From: Verrucomicrobiales bacterium
Lineage (GTDB): Bacteria > Verrucomicrobiota > Verrucomicrobiia > Verrucomicrobiales > V1-33
NCBI GenBank assembly: GCA_031411295.1
Contig: JANOAV010000157.1
Location: 32,001 to 96,000, forward strand
Direction of reading: 5' to 3'
Length of the DNA: 64,000 bases
The notes under the pieces are model-generated. The model searched no databases, was not told where the DNA came from, and saw only the letters and a list, made by a program, of their open reading frames with translations. Positions 62,629-64,000 of the stretch are shown piece after piece. The position numbers were made by a program, and so were the translations under genes. The first letter of the stretch is position 1, and each line of letters begins with the position of its first letter.

Positions 62629-64000
62629 ATGTCCTCCCTTCGATTTCCTCAATTCCTTGCCTTGATCTGCTCAACCGGGGTCGCATTCTCCGCCCCAGTT
62701 GCGGTGAATGATACCTACACGGTTACTGAAGACTCCACCATAAGCGTTGGCCAAGGCACCCAGACCTATCTTTCCGCCAATTTCGAAACTGCGGCCAATG
62801 TGGTTGGAGGTGCGTGGGACTATTTGGACAAGATGCAAAATCAATTTGGAACGAATTTGAGCTATCCGATTGATGGCTCGAGCAATAATTGGAAATCTGT
62901 CGGCTTCAATGTTGCGTCGTCCAGCGTCGGTCCGTGGGGGAGTTCGGCCATGCCGATCCAGGGCGGCGGGCTCACTGGACTGCCGGGAGCAGCCAATACA
63001 CTGACCGGGATGACAGGCGGCCCGGCCGGGGAATATCTTGTTACAACCTATCTGTTTCGTAAAACCTTCACCCTATCTGCAGCGCAGACGGCGGTGGCGA
63101 ACTGGACGCTGCGCTACTTGGTGGATGACGGAGCGGTCTTCTATCTTAACGGTCAGCAGATTGACATTTACAACCTGAATCCAACCCTCACGGTGCCCCC
63201 GGGCGATCTCACATCTAACACCGCTGCGCCAGCCAGTGGGGATGAGGCGAACTACACCTCGAAAATCCTCGACCTAACGGGTAAACTCAGCGCTGGACTC
63301 AATGTGCTGGCGGTGGAAGTTCACCAATCGCATGGCGGAAACTATACGAGTTCAGATGTCGGAATCGATCTTACGCTAACCCCCACCACGGATCAAACAC
63401 AGGGCTTCACCGAGGTTCCAGATGCATTTTTTAGCACCACCCGGCCAGATAAGGAAGCCTTCAGTCTCGCGGCAGGAACCGGCACGAACACTTCCCAGGC
63501 CTATTCGATGACAATGGGGGGATGTGCGTTTGGGGATACCACGCCCGGCAAGCCACCTCGGCTGCTATCCGTCGGGTCATCAATCTGCCCACAGGTGGGG
63601 CCGCGACTTTATCCTTCCGCTATCGCTTAATCGTCAATAGCAATTACGAAAATGACGAATACGGGGAGGCTATCGCAGAAATTAATGGCACCAAACTCGG
63701 GACCGTCACGGATCCTTCACGTCCTGGGACCAATGTCCTCGCCTATCGCTTCGGAAACGGCAATGGTGGAGCCAACGATGACACCGGATGGGTGACCGCC
63801 AGCTTCAGTCTGAATTTGACCGCCGGAAACCAAACCCTCCTCCTCGGGGGATACAATAATAAATCCACCAGCAGCGAGGAACAAACTTCAGTCTGGTTCG
63901 ACGACGTTGAATTAACCGTAGCTGGGGTTTCCAATGGGCTGCTTTCCAATGACACCGGTGGAGCCACTGCAGCCATCAAATTGACCGATCCCACCAAGGG
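62629..64000 (+). CDS. Secreted Ig-like/cadherin-like and DDG-module protein; apparent single-base frameshift near 63516-63552; runs off the right edge
   Basis: MSSLRFPQFLALICSTGVAFS then APVAVNDTY; DDGAVFYLNG..AVEVHQ. The frame stops at 63630, but another frame is open and protein-like to the window end (ATSAAIRRVINL..LSFRYRL..WFDDVEL..GLLSND). Confidence 0.75.

Overview
This is a GC-rich bacterial window, most likely Verrucomicrobia/PVC, inferred from PEP-CTERM proteins, autotransporter-associated beta-strand repeats, lamin-tail/CotH exoproteins, a LEPRxLL giant protein and start codons lacking Shine-Dalgarno sites. From left to right it holds: a partial CotH/lamin-tail exoprotein; an Rpn nuclease; an lldD-like oxidase; a redoxin; a cluster of surface proteins with an AraC regulator; a flavoprotein disulfide reductase; an ECF sigma factor with an anti-sigma/vWA fusion; a degenerate, integrase-less integron-like cassette array (about 22.4-25.6 kb) followed by an HNH pair; and rnhA, sucA and ltaE. 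The main system is a tightly coupled five-gene operon (TolC, MFP, GAF-MFP, PqqD-like/M50 peptidase/MFP, truncated SecA-like ATPase) with no ABC or RND pump. It is divergent from an approximately 6150-aa LEPRxLL/RTX/Calx-beta giant protein and two further exoproteins. This looks like a non-canonical, SecA-like-ATPase-powered type I-like secretion system with its cargo. All family assignments are from motif recognition by eye; no database searches were run.
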